From NCBI GenBank assembly GCA_026023565.1, contig JAPETS010000063.1, forward strand, positions 62,001 through 105,851: a stretch of 43,851 bases of DNA. Direction: 5' to 3'. This DNA is from Cirrosporium novae-zelandiae (lineage: Eukaryota). Positions 12,701 to 25,992 of this stretch are shown one piece after another. The notes below the pieces were generated by a model, which did no database searches, was not told the origin of the DNA, and saw only the letters and a program-made list of their open reading frames with translations. The position numbers were made by a program, and so were the translations under genes. The first letter of the stretch is position 1. The number at the start of each line of letters is the position of its first letter.

Positions 12701-15700
12701 ACCACGAACACAGGTTGCTAAAAAGTCGGATGCATTCTACAAACAACAGGCTTTTAGGCTGATAAGCTCCCAAGTCAAGTTACTGATTGGGTTTGAAAAT
12801 CTTCCACAGGATATTGCCCATTTAGTTCGTCTTCAAGCTAATGATCTCGCTGACCAAAAGTTTGATGTATCCTTGGACTTCATGGAGCGACCCGTGCGAG
12901 ACAAATCTGTTGTGAAGAAGGCAGCTCAGGAAGATACACTGAAAGATCTCTTAAAAGCTTGCATATTTTCCACGACTACCCCTGGCTTGAAAAGCTCCGC
13001 GTCATCTTTATTGACCGACGTGTGCCGTCACTTCGCACTGCTTGAAGTTGGTTTAGCAATGGCCAGAGAAAAACATAAAAGAAAGCCTTTCAATGTGCAT
13101 ACTGGGGATGGTCCAGTTTTCATAGACACCCGAGTAATCATGGATGCTATTGACGAGTGCTTATCGGATGATCACCCTGACGTTCGTGACGCTGCCGAAA
13201 ACTTGATTCAGACGTTTTATGATACTGCACTTATCATCTTCGGTTCACCAGAGAAACTCTCCAAGCTGCCATTCTTTACAAGCCTATCCGAGGTGTTCAC
13301 TCATAGCTGTTATAGAGAGGAGTGGTATCGTAAAGCTGGTGGTGGACTCGGCATTCGCTTTCTGGTTTCAAAAATCGAACTTGGAGACTCGTGGATGATT
13401 GACAGGCAACTTCATCTCGTACGTGCTTTGTTGTATGTCATCGAAGATGTTCCAAATGATCTGCCCGCACGTACCCGTACGCATGCACAGGAAACTATGG
13501 AGATCATCCTTCGAAAATGTAACAAGAACGCTTCGGTAGATGACATAAATGATCATCAATCCAAGCTTTACCAAATTTGCGGTCAAATGGTATTCGAGCT
13601 TCATCATATGAACAAGCAAGTTCGAGAGACAGCCGAAAAAGCATTTGTTATCATTGCGGATGTCATCGGCGCCGAGGTCCATCAGCTCATGGCTCCTCTA
13701 AAGGATCGACTGTTAACGTCAATCTTCAACAAACCGCTTCGAGCTTTGCCGACTTCAAACCAAATAGGCTATATCGATGCCGTTACATTTTGTTTGCGGT
13801 TGCACCATGACCTTGTTGTATTTAACGAACAGTTCATGCGACTACTCATGGAAGCACTCGCCCTTGCAGACGCAGAAGATGAAGTGTTAGCTCAGAGACC
13901 CGACGATTATCGAAATGCACAATCAATCGTGAATCTAAGAGTTTCCTGTCTCCATTTATTGTCTATGGCTACAAGCTTTCAGGACTGGGGAAATGGAGTG
14001 CAACCACAAACCCAGAGTCAGACTCGAGCAAAAATAATTTCTGTTTTCTTTAAGTCTCTTTACTCCAAGTCGGCTGATGTCATTGAAGCTGCAAATTCAG
14101 GACTGAAAGATGTATTGATCAAGACTAACAAGCTGCCAAAAGATCTGCTCCAACAAGGCCTTCGTCCTATCCTTATGACACTTCAGGAACCAAAGAGACT
14201 CAGTGTTCCCTGCCTGGACGGCTTAGCTAGGCTCTTGACATTGTTAACTAACTATTTTAAGGTTGAAATTGGGCAGAAGTTGCTGGAACATATGAAAGTT
14301 CTTGCTGATGATGCAATCCTTCAGAAAGCGTCCTTTTCCCTATTAGAGCACCATCCCCAGGTCAAGATCGTTGCTGCAATTTTCAATATTTTCCATCTCC
14401 TTCCACAACCTGCAATATCCTTTATGGATAGCTTAGTCAATAAGGTTCTGGAATTGGAGGAGAAACTTCGGAGAACCAATTATCGCCCATTCCGTGAGCC
14501 ACTTGTCAAGTATTTGAATCGCTATCCAACAGAGACGTGGAAATACTTTCAGGCTCGTTTCCACGACCTCCGATTCGGCAGAATGTTAGCCCAAACGCTT
14601 GCAGCTGAAGCAAGCAGACCACTTCGAGAGGCCATGGCTGCAGACCTTGATGGTTTTATGAAGAATGCGTTTGACCTTCCTGATCCGAAACAGAAGGATG
14701 TAGCTGCAGTGAACGCTATACATGCTGTTCATTCCTTCTGTATGCATGATAACGCAACTGTCTTGTTAAATCCACAGAACAGTCTCAGGGGGCGTTTGCT
14801 TGCCTCCGGGAGAGATCTGGAGGAAAAATTCAGGAAAGCTACTCTTGCTCGGGAATTGCGCTTGCCAGTTGTCCAGGCGGGAGAGCAACTAATGGAGTCT
14901 TTTTCTGTTTATCTTTCGCGACAGCCAAGAGATCTTGACTTCTTTTTCGAAGTCATCGGCTGTCTGACTGCCGGTCAACTTAAAGACTGTCAACCAATAT
15001 ATTCGTTTATTTATGAGCACATTGTTTCCAGCGACTCTATCGAACAATGGCGAACAGTGATACTACGATGCTTGAATCTCTACAGCCAGGGCCACGTCGA
15101 CCACAAGGTGAAGACCTTTATGTTTCACTATCTGGTGAATCCGATCTTCACCATGGATATTATGAGGAACTGGCAACACCTACGAACAAGCAAAGGCACG
15201 AAGCTTATGGATAAAGCTATGACAGAAGCCATCCACGACAGACTATGGAAGCCTCAGCTAGGGGACATCGGTGAAGAGACCACCCAGAGAGGTATCGATC
15301 ATTCTCGCATGGAACTTCTTCAAATGTCTGCCATGATTGTCAAATATCACCATAGTATGGTTTCAGACGCTCGCAAAGATATCATTAAATTTGCATGGAA
15401 CTATATTCGCCTGGAAGATATTGTCAATAAATATGGCGCATACGTCCTCATCAGCTACTTCATTGCGCACTATGAGACTCCAGCGAAAATCGTTGTTCAG
15501 ATATATGTTGCATTACTCAAAGCTCATCAAACCGAGGGTCGGGGCTTGGTGATGCAAGCATTGGAACTTTTGGCTCCAATACTACCAAAGAGAGTAGGAG
15601 TGGGCCATCAAGGGGATAGATATCCAATTTGGGCTAAGTGGCCACGGAGAATTATGTCTGAAGATAGTTCCAACCTTCCTCAACTTACCAGTATATTCCA

Positions 15701-18700
15701 CTTCTTTATCCGGCAGCCTGATCTATTTTACGAATCCCGTGATTACTTTATACCGCTAATCATTCCGACACTCAGCAAGATTGCACATCCCCCAAGCGCA
15801 TCTGGAGACAGTAAGAAACTCGCTCTCAATCTCATTACGCTGATTTGGAAGTGGGAACAGCGAAGAGCTAAGGGTACGCCGATTAAGCCGGTAAGAAGTC
15901 AGCTGGAGGCTTCGCCTAATAAGAAACGAAAATTCGGAGACACTTCTTCCGTTTCAACACCTTCCACCACCACTGGTTCTATGGATCGCACTGACTATGT
16001 CATTCCACATGCTATGAAGGTTGGGTTGATCAAATATTTGGTTCAGTTTATTGTCTTGCCTAACGAGAGGTATCCGGTAACCGCTGAGAAATTCAGGAAA
16101 GAGCCACCGCCGGGCAGACTTCCTCAAATATTGGCAAACAACGATGGCATTAAGACTGCCCTTGAACTGCTAGCTGATTTCTTAGCTCCCGAATACTGGG
16201 GGGATCTTGGTCTTGATCTTCTCCCCAAATTGACGCAACCATTTTTGGCATCTGAAAAGACTGACAAGGCCTTTGCTTCAGAGAAGACCGACAAACCGGA
16301 TGAGAAATTTATAACATCTGTTATTAATACCTTGCAGGTTGTTCGTGTTTTTGTTAATATCAAATCAGACGAGTGGATTATCAAAAATCTCCAAGATTTG
16401 CAACAACTGCTAGAGAAATCTCTTCGTTCGGAAAACCCTGAAGTCCAGGACTGCCTGCATGACGGCGGAGATGAAGTTCTAGGCATTCAACGAGGGCTGA
16501 AGCCTCTCATCAAGAGAATTCTTGATGCCTTGCCGGATCCACCTACAGACGAAGAAGATACGGACATGGATTCCCCGCTTACAGAGTTTGTTACCTTTTT
16601 ATCCGCTGCTGCTACCAAAATGCTATCAAATAGCAACAATAGCGCAGGCGTCAATACCCTCTGGACATTATCGAAACGGACGCCGGCTGAGATAGATCAG
16701 CACATTCCGCATGCCATGAAGGCTTTGAACCAATTAGCCAAAGATCAAGTTTCCTACAGTGGTATGCCAAATCAGATACCAACACATCCCCCGGCACGGC
16801 CTGGCGAGAATCAATCAAGCGTCCCAGATTCCAAAGATCTAGAAATCGGTGTGAACTTGATCGAGAAAAGTATTGATCTTATTTCTGTTCGGATGTCAAC
16901 CCTGGGCGAACAGCGGCGACCTTTCTTAAGTGTGCTCGCCTCATTAGTGGAAAGATCCCAGAACATTAATCTTTGCTCGAAGATTCTTGGAATGGTAGAG
17001 ACATGGATATTTGACTCGAATGAACTATGGCCGACATTGAAGGAGAAAACTGCGGTGCTGCACAAAATGCTTCTTTTTGAGGCAAGAACAGACCAAACGC
17101 TACTTCAAAAGTTCTTGGAACTCATTATTCGTGTTTACGAAGACCCAAAAATACGAAGGACGGAATTGACTGTTCGTCTGGAGCATGCCTTTTTGGTTGG
17201 GACCAGAGCGCAAGATGTGAAAATGCGCAACAGGTTCATGGAAATATTTGACAATAGCCTTTCTCGTACTGCCAGTAGTCGCTTAAGTTATGTTCTAACA
17301 TCTCAAAACTGGGATACATTGGCTGATTCGTTCTGGCTAAGCCAGGCTATTCAACTAATAATGGGGTCTGTTGAGATGACAACACCAATCCACCTCCACC
17401 AAGACGACTTTAGACTTTGGCCAGCAACATTGCTCTATAAGCCTTATGAGAAGGATCCTCGGAAAGATAGTATCATCGTTGATGATGAGTTGGAAGATCT
17501 TATGACGCAGCATAAACGGTTCTGCCGTGAAATGGGTGAAATTAAAGCTCAAGATGTGCTTGGACCTCTTTGTCAATTGCAACACACAGATGCCAACGTT
17601 GCATATGAGCTGTGGGTAATCCTGTTCCCGCTCTGCTGGTCAGCATTGCTCCCCGAAGAGAAATCCGATCTGGAGAAAGGAATGGTGTCAACCCTCACCA
17701 AAGAATACCACTCTCGTCAAACCGATAGACGGCCAAATGTAGTGCAAGCACTCCTTGAGGGGATTGCACGAGCCAAAAACCCAAGATTTAAAATACCCCC
17801 TCATGTTTTGAAGCATCTTTGCAAAACATATGATGCTTGGTACACGGCTGCAGTCATGCTTGAAGATTCTGCAATCGATCCCATAGTTGACACGCCGGTG
17901 GTTAGAGAAAGTAATCTTGATGCTTTGGTTCAAATATATTCTAACTTGGGAGAAGACGATCTGTTCTATGGGACTTGGAGACGGCGTTGCAGGTTCGTCG
18001 AGACTAATGCAGGCTTGTCGTATGAACAAAATGGTATTTGGGATAAGGCGCAAAAATTATATGAGACGGCGCAAATTAAAGCCCGTACCGGGGCGGTACC
18101 ATTTTCACAAGGGGAGTACATGCTTTGGGAGGACCACTGGGTTATATGCGCTGAAAAGCTACAACAGTGGGACATTCTCATTGATTTCGCTAAACATGAA
18201 AACTTCAACGACCTCCTACTAGAGTCTACATGGCGGAATATCGATCCATGGCAAAACGCGGAAGGACGGGAAGCACTAGAGGGCATGATCAAAGGACTTT
18301 TGGATGCGCCCACGCCAAGAAGACTATTCTTTCAAGCTTTCATGTCTTTGCTGAAGTTACACTCGAAGCAACTAGATGCTCATGAATTTGGTAGAATCTG
18401 TGACGAATCAGTCCAACTGTCGATTCGAAAATGGCATCAGCTTCCCAAGAGAATCACCAATGCACATATCCCAATCCTACAAAATTTCCAACAGCTTGTC
18501 GAGCTTCATGATGCAAGTGTTATCTGCAATAGCCTTGAGCAAACCAACGAAAGAAATCTTGACACCAAATCTCATGAGCTCAAATTATTGTTGTCAACGT
18601 GGCGTGATCGCCTTCCCAACGTCTGGGATGATATCAATGCATGGCAAGACCTTGTTACCTGGAGACAGCATATTTTCCAGCTGATCAATGGGACCTACCT

Positions 18701-21386
18701 CTCTTTGATTCCTCAACAGGGAGCAACAAATATGAACACCACTTCCTTTGCCTATCGAGGACATCATGAGACTGCATGGATAATCAATCGATTTGCTCAT
18801 GTTGCACGTAAGCACCAGTTGCCTGACGTCTGTATCGCCCAGCTAAGCAAAATTTACACCTTACCTAACATCGAGATCCAAGAAGCATTCTTAAAACTCA
18901 GGGAGCAAGCAAAATGCCATTATCAAAACTCAACCGAACTAAACAGTGGCCTCGACCTCATTAACAACACTAACCTTCACTACTTCACGCCGCAACAGAA
19001 AGCAGAATTCTTTACCCTCAAAGGCATGTTCCTTGCCAAGCTAGGCCAGAAGGGTGAAGCGAATGATGCATTTGGCGTGGCTCTATTCTACGATATTCGG
19101 ATGCCGAAAGCATGGGCAGAATGGGGTCGATACAATGATAATCTCTTTAAGCTGAATCCAGGGAACCTCGAGCATGCTAAATCCGCCGTATCCTGTTATT
19201 TAGAAGCTGCTGGACTCTATAAGAGTGCAAAGTCAAGAAAGCTACTCAGTCGGATCTTATGGTTACTAAGCTTGGACAATGAAGAAGGGACAATCATGTC
19301 GGCGTTCGACGAATTCAGAGGAGATTCTCCTACATGGTATTGGATTACGTTTATCCCTCAGCTTTTAACTAGTCTCTCAAGGCGAGAAGCAAGAATATCT
19401 AGAGATCAGCTTAGGAAGATCGCGACGAATTACCCGCAAAGCTTATTCTTCCAGCTACGTACAAACCGCGAGGATATGCTAGCCATCAAGAAACAAGAGG
19501 ATTCAAAGCAGCAACAAAAACTTAAGATTGCTGCACAACAAGGCCAGCAGACATCTCTCCAAAACAAGCAAGGCCTCCCAGAGAATAATCAGGGCGCAGC
19601 AAATGCCCCCAAGCCTGTAGTAAAAGGCGAAGGTTCGACAAAGGGAGAAAATGCTGCTAACGGGACTAGCTCGTCGCCAAAACAAGGTGCGAATGGCCAA
19701 AATGGAACACAGGAACAAAATGGTGCTCGGGCGGCTCAACCAAAGCAACCCTGGGAGTACTCGGATGAAATTATGTCTGCTTTGAAGACGGCATTCCCGC
19801 TTCTTGCTCTTTCCATGGAGACGATGGTTGATCAGATCCAGAAAAACTTCAGATGTCCAGCAGATGAGGATGCTTATCGGCTAATCGTTGCCTTGCTTAA
19901 TGATGGTTTAGCTTATGTTGGACGGATGCCTAGCTCGTATGCGGCAGATGTCAAGCTACCCCAATCCACGGAAGCCAACATTACTCGCTTTGCTGAAACA
20001 ATCCTTCCACACCATATCCGAAAGGCTTTCGAGGCAGACTTTGTCGCAAAGAAGCCCACAATGCATGAGTACATTCAAAAGCTTCGAATGTGGCGTGACA
20101 GATTCGAAGAAAAATTGGACAGAAGGCCACTACACAACACCCTCGAAGGTCATAGTCCCCATCTCAGTCAGTTCCGCTACCAGAAGTTCGACGACGTTGA
20201 AGTTCCAGGCCAATATCTACTCCATAAAGATAACAATAAGGATTTCATTCGTATTGAGAGGTTTATGCCTGATGTCGACCAAGTTCGAACCATTGGAGTA
20301 TGCCATCGTCGTTTGAGGGTTAGAGGGCATGACGGGAGCCTTCAAGAATTCGCAGTTCAGCATCCTGCAGCAAGACATTGCCGACGAGAAGAAAGGATGC
20401 TGCAGCTCTTCCGATTTTTCAATGTATCACTCGCAAAACGAAAGGAGAGCCGACGCCGAAATATCCAGTTCCACTTGCCTCTTATGATACCGCTGGCTCC
20501 TCATATTCGGTTGGTTTCGGATGATGCTTCCTACATTTCATTACATGGGATCTACGACGACTACTGCCGGAGAAATGATCAGAATAAAGATGATCCTTTG
20601 ATTTTTACTATGGACAGGTTAAGAATGTTAACAAATCCTGGGCAGACGGTAAGGTTTAATCTTTTGTGGGAGCACAGCAATATGACTAATTTCGGTATAC
20701 AGCGCACATCTGAACAAGCAACCTATATGCGCCTGGAGACCTTCACTGCTGTACAAGAAAAATGGGTTCCCAAGACTATTGTCCTCGACTATGTCCAACA
20801 GACATATCCGCAATTTGCTGACTTCTGGTTGTTCCGCCGCCAATTCTCATATCAGCTAGCTGCGTTATCCTTTTTGACATATATTATGCACATGACTAGC
20901 CGGTTCCCCCACAAAATGAACATCTCTAGAGCAACTGGGAACATCTGGGGATCAGAGCTCATCCCTGCTATGATGAGCAATCAACCTCTGTTCCAAAATC
21001 TCGAGTCGGTACCGTTCCGCCTAACTCCAAATCTCCAGACTCTCATGGGTCCGTTGGCAATGGAAGGAATCTTTTCGTGTGCAATGATGGCCATCGCCCG
21101 ATGCCTCACCGAACCAGAGCATGAGCTTTATCAACAACTGAGCATTTTTGTTCGTGATGAGATGATATTCTGGTTTACGCAGTCGCGTCATTCCTTCCAG
21201 GAACAGCCCCTGCGCGAGACAGTACACAAGAGCAGTGAGCTTATCGTCAAGCGGGCAGTCAGTCTGGCAGAGCCACCTGCAGTTACCAGCCTCCCTGCAA
21301 ATCAAACCATTATCGATTTGATAGCCAGAGCTACCAGTCCGTTGAATCTTGCCCAAACGGATGCACTTTGGATGCCATATCTATAA
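9782..21386 (+). CDS. TRA1: Tra1/TRRAP PIKK-family pseudokinase, SAGA/NuA4 subunit; exons 9782-9839, 9907-20648, 20703-21386
   Basis: ~3800 aa with HEAT repeats (FKVLAECPIIVVSIFQ, VPARLSHLLPHL), a FAT region (WRDRLPNVWDDINAWQDLVTWRQH), a PI3K-like domain (VPFRLTPNLQ) lacking the catalytic DxxxxN/DFG motifs, and a FATC end LAQTDALWMPYL. The GT-AG intron 9840-9906 joins ATG 9782 in frame. Confidence 0.97.
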
Positions 21387-21665
21387 ACCAGATGGAAATT
21401 CACAACAGGACGGGAAATTGTAAAATTCGGTTGGATTTTGGAGGTATGCGGGATTATTCCTAGCTTATTATAGGTTTGTTATAGGCTGCTTTGTGGTTGA
21501 TTTGCAAATCTTGGATTTTTGTTGAATGGTTTAGCGCTCAGCGTGGCGTTTCAGGACAGGTAGAAGGTTGAGGTCAAATGCATTATGTAAAACCGGTTGG
21601 ATTGAAGCCATATAGTTAATGAACATACTGAAAATGTCCAAGATCACGGTAGTCATTTAGCGTAA

Positions 21666-22484
21666 CTAGACCAAGGTGGGCTTTTTCTTAATACCCAGGG
21701 CGGAACTGAAATTCTTTTTCTTCTTTACCACCCTCTTAAATGTTGGTAGCGGCATGTTCGTTGGTGCATCAACTGCCACGTCGGTTGTGTCCATGGTACT
21801 CTCGTTACTAGTAGACTCTGGCTGATCGTCTCCCAACCTCCTCACCCTCTCACCAGATTCAGCCATGAACGCTCTCTTGGCTAGCTCCTCATCCTCTTGG
21901 TCCTGTCTTTCTATCTCGTCCTCCTGCTTGCTTCTAACAACGGCCATGCCTTCCCCAGCTCGATCAACCCGTTCATTCATGGCATTTCGGGTTCGAATGC
22001 TGTCCAAGGCATCGGCGATCTGCATTTCTCTTTTGGCATCAAGAGTCTTTGCCTCAAGCTCAACCATGGCATTTTTCTCCTCTTCCTCCCTTTCTATCCT
22101 ATCCAGCCTCTCCTCTTCAGTCTCTTCTTTGGCATCTTGGTTCCTCCATGGTTCGAAGTTTCGTTTGGCACCCTTTTCACATGTGTAGTCCATATTCTTT
22201 GGGTCTGTTTTGAAAGTGATTTCACCAGAGCAACGAGTACATCGAATATAGAAGCGATAGATGGCGATGGAGTAGTATTTTTCATCGGTGGTTTCTTTCC
22301 TAGCGTTGAATTTGCGGCCTTTGTAAACAAATTCGCCACAGCTTGTGCATTTCATACTGAAAGGAGCCATCAGTCGAACGGTTTGGACTTTTGGGCCAGG
22401 GGTTTTGGGACCGCGATGTCTCGTGAGTTTACTTGGATCGAAATCTGGAGGATAGTATTTCGAGAGGACTTTGCGTTCAGACAT
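21666..22484 (-). CDS. YJU2: Pre-mRNA splicing factor Yju2/Cwc16 (CCDC94)
   Basis: MSERKVLSKYYPPDFDPSK start, VRLMAPFSMKCTSCGEFVYKGRKFNARKE, CTRC zinc knuckle and FKTDPKNMDY; intronless 272-aa ORF. Confidence 0.96.
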   Translation of the reverse strand: MSERKVLSKYYPPDFDPSKLTRHRGPKTPGPKVQTVRLMAPFSMKCTSCGEFVYKGRKFNARKETTDEKYYSIAIYRFYIRCTRCSGEITFKTDPKNMDYTCEKGAKRNFEPWRNQDAKEETEEERLDRIEREEEEKNAMVELEAKTLDAKREMQIADALDSIRTRNAMNERVDRAGEGMAVVRSKQEDEIERQDQEDEELAKRAFMAESGERVRRLGDDQPESTSNESTMDTTDVAVDAPTNMPLPTFKRVVKKKKNFSSALGIKKKPTLV

Positions 22485-22821
22485 GGTGGTGTTGTATGGT
22501 ATAAAAACGAAGTCACGTTTTGTATGTTGTGTAGAACTTTTTAGTTGTTTGGATGATGAGGATAGAGGGGGATGTCAGACGAAACGGAGAGATTGATAGA
22601 AAATAGATGAAGGTACCAAAGTTGATGTTAGTGGGAGGTTATGGCGAGACAGAAGTGGCAGGCATGTGCATAGGGCTGATGCCGCACGGACCATGTAATT
22701 TTTCAAAGCGTGTCGGCCGATAGAAAGCGCCAAATGGAAAGAGACTCAGTGAATTGCTTCCATACTCCATGTAATTACAGCAATAACTGCGATCAGTCTA
22801 TGTCCAGCAATTCAAATGACT

Positions 22822-24795
22822 ATGGAAAGGTTCTTGCGAGAATGGAGACAAGATGCTCTCAATAAGCATCAATATGAGTCTGCAATATATATTGGGGACA
22901 AACTATTAGCATTAACAGGTAGCTTTCTTCATTTTCGCTCTTTCTACAGCTAGCTAACCCAACATGCCCTAGACGATGAGAAGGACGCTTTTTGGCTTGC
23001 CCAAGTTCACTTTTCAACCGGTAACTATACCAGAGCTCAAGGCTTCCTTATGCGCAATAACTTGATCGAACGAAGTGTGTCCTGTCGGTATCTAGCAGCT
23101 CACTGCTACATAAAACAGGGCAAATTCGACGACGCCCTTAACATACTAGGCGACAAGAATCCTACACATCTCATATCCAGTTCAAGTAATAGTAGGCGGA
23201 AACTCCAACATGGCAATGCAAAATACCTCACTCTCCGTAATGCCAAAAGCCACAACTCCAGATTAGATAGGGCGGAGCGAAGTGAAGAAAGGGAAAAGGC
23301 GGACATGGACGACATCAAGTTCGAAGCAGCGATGTGCTACTTGCGGGGGATATGCTACGCTAAGCAGAATGCATTCGATCGAGCACGAGACTGCTACAAA
23401 GATGCGGTTCGGATAGATGTGCAATGTTTCGAGGCCTTTGATCAATTGATGAAGAATTCACTAATGAGTCCCGATGAAGAATGGGAATTCCTTGAATCGC
23501 TCGATTTTGACTCTATAAACGTCTCGGATGATATTTCTGCATCCCAAGAGGCGGCACAATTTACCAAGATGCTCTACACCACCCGACTGTCGAAATATAA
23601 GAACTCGGATGAGTTCAGCACCGCAGTCGAGACCCTATCCAGTCACTACAACCTTGCATCAAACCCGGATCTTCTTCTCTCAAAGGCCGAGCTTCTCTTC
23701 ACTCAATGCCAGTTCAAAGAGGCCCTCGCCATCACTGAGTCTATCCTTGAAACCGATAAATACAATTTCAACGTGCATCCCCTCCACCTAGCCTGTCTAC
23801 ATGAACTCCGGGAGAAGAATAGTCTCTTCCTCATTGCGCACGATTTGGCTGATCAGCATCCCGAAGAGCCTTGCTCGTGGCTTGCGGTGGGAATTTACTA
23901 TCTTACAATTGGAAAAATTGCTGAGGCTCGACGCTACTTTTCAAAATCATCCATGATGGATCCACACTTCGGTCCTGCCTGGATTGGTTTTGCGCATACC
24001 TTTGCAGCAGAAGGCGAACATGATCAAGCAATATCTGCATATTCAACCGCCGCCCGACTATTCCAAGGCACACATCTTCCTCAACTTTTTCTCGGCATGC
24101 AAAACCTTCAACTCAATAATTTGACTCTTGCTCAAGAATATCTCAACGCAGCACATTCCCTATGCCAAACCGACCCTCTTCTTCTTAATGAACTTGGAGT
24201 AGTTTTCTACCATCAAGATCACCTTGACTATGCTATCTCCATCTTTAAGGAAGCTCTTAACCTGGCTACCTCGACTGGTTCCGACCCTCGAGCTTGGGTT
24301 CCGACCCGTGCTAACCTTGGCCATGCATATCGCCGACAAGGACAGTATGACTTGGCACTAAATGAGTTTGGTGAAGTTCTTCGACAGACGGGAAAAGACG
24401 CTGGGATATTTTCCGCCAAAGGATTATGTCTTTTAGAGATGGGTCGAACACTGGAAGCGGTGGTTGCATTTCACGAAGCTTTAGCGATCAGTCCACAAGA
24501 TGGGATTGCTACCGAGCTACTAGGTAAGGCGCTTGAGGAAGAAGCTGCAAGAGGAGAAGGCAGCGCAAAGGCTTTGGCCGGTTTCGGACTTGATGCCGAA
24601 ACGGAGGAAAGTGTGGTTGAAGGGTACTTGAAAGAGAGAAAGAACGAAACATTCCATCGACTTCGGAAGGGTAGGGAGACTAACAGGAGAGGAACGGCAA
24701 AAGGAAGACAGGGAGGAAGAACACGAACACATGGAGGAGGTGGATTGGATGGAGATGATGGTAGTATGATGGTCGTGGCTAGCGATGATGATTAA
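22822..24795 (+). CDS. CDC16: Anaphase-promoting complex TPR subunit APC6 (Cdc16/Cut9); exons 22822-22918, 22973-24795 (alternative in-frame ATG at 22816)
   Basis: Exon 1 MERFLREWRQDALNKHQYESAIYIGDKLLALT. TPR motifs DVQCFEAFDQL, WLAVGIYYL, ARRYFSKSSMMDPHFGPAWIGFAHTFAAEGEHDQAISAYSTAARLFQGTHLP and DPLLLNELGVVFY. Confidence 0.94.
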
Positions 24796-25620
24796 TTGCG
24801 GGAACGACGGTGGTAGGTAGACGAACTCGTGCCAAGAGGATAAATCTGCATATGATAGGAGTTGGGGCACAAAGGAAAGAGACTGGGATCCAGGTCAGGA
24901 TTGGGTTATGGATAATGATAGGAATGATCTTGATGATTGCACACGATGGCAAGAAATATTTTGAGACTCTGCAGGGGAGGAGAAGCGTCTTTTGTTTATG
25001 TCTCTTGGAGAGAAAAAGATACCCTTACTAAAGATATGGACAGGTTATATTCGAGTAGTGCGCATGTGCATGTGCATGTTATTACACTGAAATTGAAGTT
25101 TTGGTCTGCATTACCATTACCATTTACCTAGGTACCTAGACACTACATGCATGTGAGATAAGTGATGGCATCGGAGCAAAGTGCGACTTCGGGTTCAGCT
25201 TGGACGAATTCTTGATTGTAATTTCGGGGACTTGGACAGTGATCTATATAAGGATGCAGAGAACTTAGAAGTCGGGTAAAGGTCGAAAAAGTAGTTGACA
25301 ACGTCTTGTGAAGGCTGACGGGGCAATGATTTACTGGTTTGTTTAGTTTTTGGTCAGTTACCCATTTTCGCCGATTGATTGTTAGCTGAGCGTCTGCGGC
25401 CTCATGCAGTGGGAGGTAATTACAAAACTAATAAAGTGTGAAATTGCAAATACTTAATCAGACTACTTTCTTACTACTGAGTCATGAGGGAAAGAGAAAA
25501 GAAGAAGATTTTGCGGCTGAAAAGCGAAAAGGGTTAAAAAAGCTTGATCCATTGGTCTAATGGCGGAGTTGAAAGTATCTGTTGTGCTGTACAATTCAGA
25601 CACGAGAGAGTAGGGATGTT

Positions 25621-25648
25621 CAGTAAGCAGTAAGCAGTAAGCAGTAAA
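25621..25648. repeat. Tandem repeat (CAGTAAG)x3 + CAGTAAA
   Basis: Read directly from sequence. Confidence 0.85.
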
Positions 25649-25913
25649 CCGAATTTAGGTTTTCACAACATGAAGTTTTCCTTGGTATTGCCCAGAGAAT
25701 TCAAACGATGGATCGATTGACTATTTATGGTGGCTGAAGAGAAGAGGAGGCAGTGGGAGTTAAGTATCTAGGGAGGTACCTAGTGATTTAGTCTGATGGA
25801 AGTCCTTTTGTACTGTACCGGACGAGTCAAAATGGTGAGCTGTCAACTGTATTAATTAACTTGTAAAAACATGGGGGGGGTTCTTGTTCCGTTGGTTCCG
25901 ATCCGATGTATAA

Positions 25914-25992
25914 CTGAATACTGAATATGCTGAATATGCTGAATATGCTGAATATGCTGAATATGCTGAATATGCTGAATATGCTGAATATT
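25914..25992. repeat. Minisatellite (CTGAATATG)n: 7 perfect copies from 25921 plus a variant copy and a leading partial copy
   Basis: Read directly: ctgaata ctgaatatg x7 ctgaatatt. Confidence 0.95.

Noticed and set aside
10131..21356. Many 60-150 aa ORFs antisense or out of frame within TRA1 (and similar ones within GCP5 and APC6)
   Set aside because: Expected by-products of long coding sequences; none has recognisable features.
21897..22544. 215-aa plus-strand ORF overlapping YJU2
   Set aside because: Antisense shadow of a conserved gene, with no motifs and a non-ATG start.
25914..25992. Repeat array as possible CRISPR
   Set aside because: Head-to-tail 9-mers without spacers in a eukaryotic genome; it is a minisatellite.
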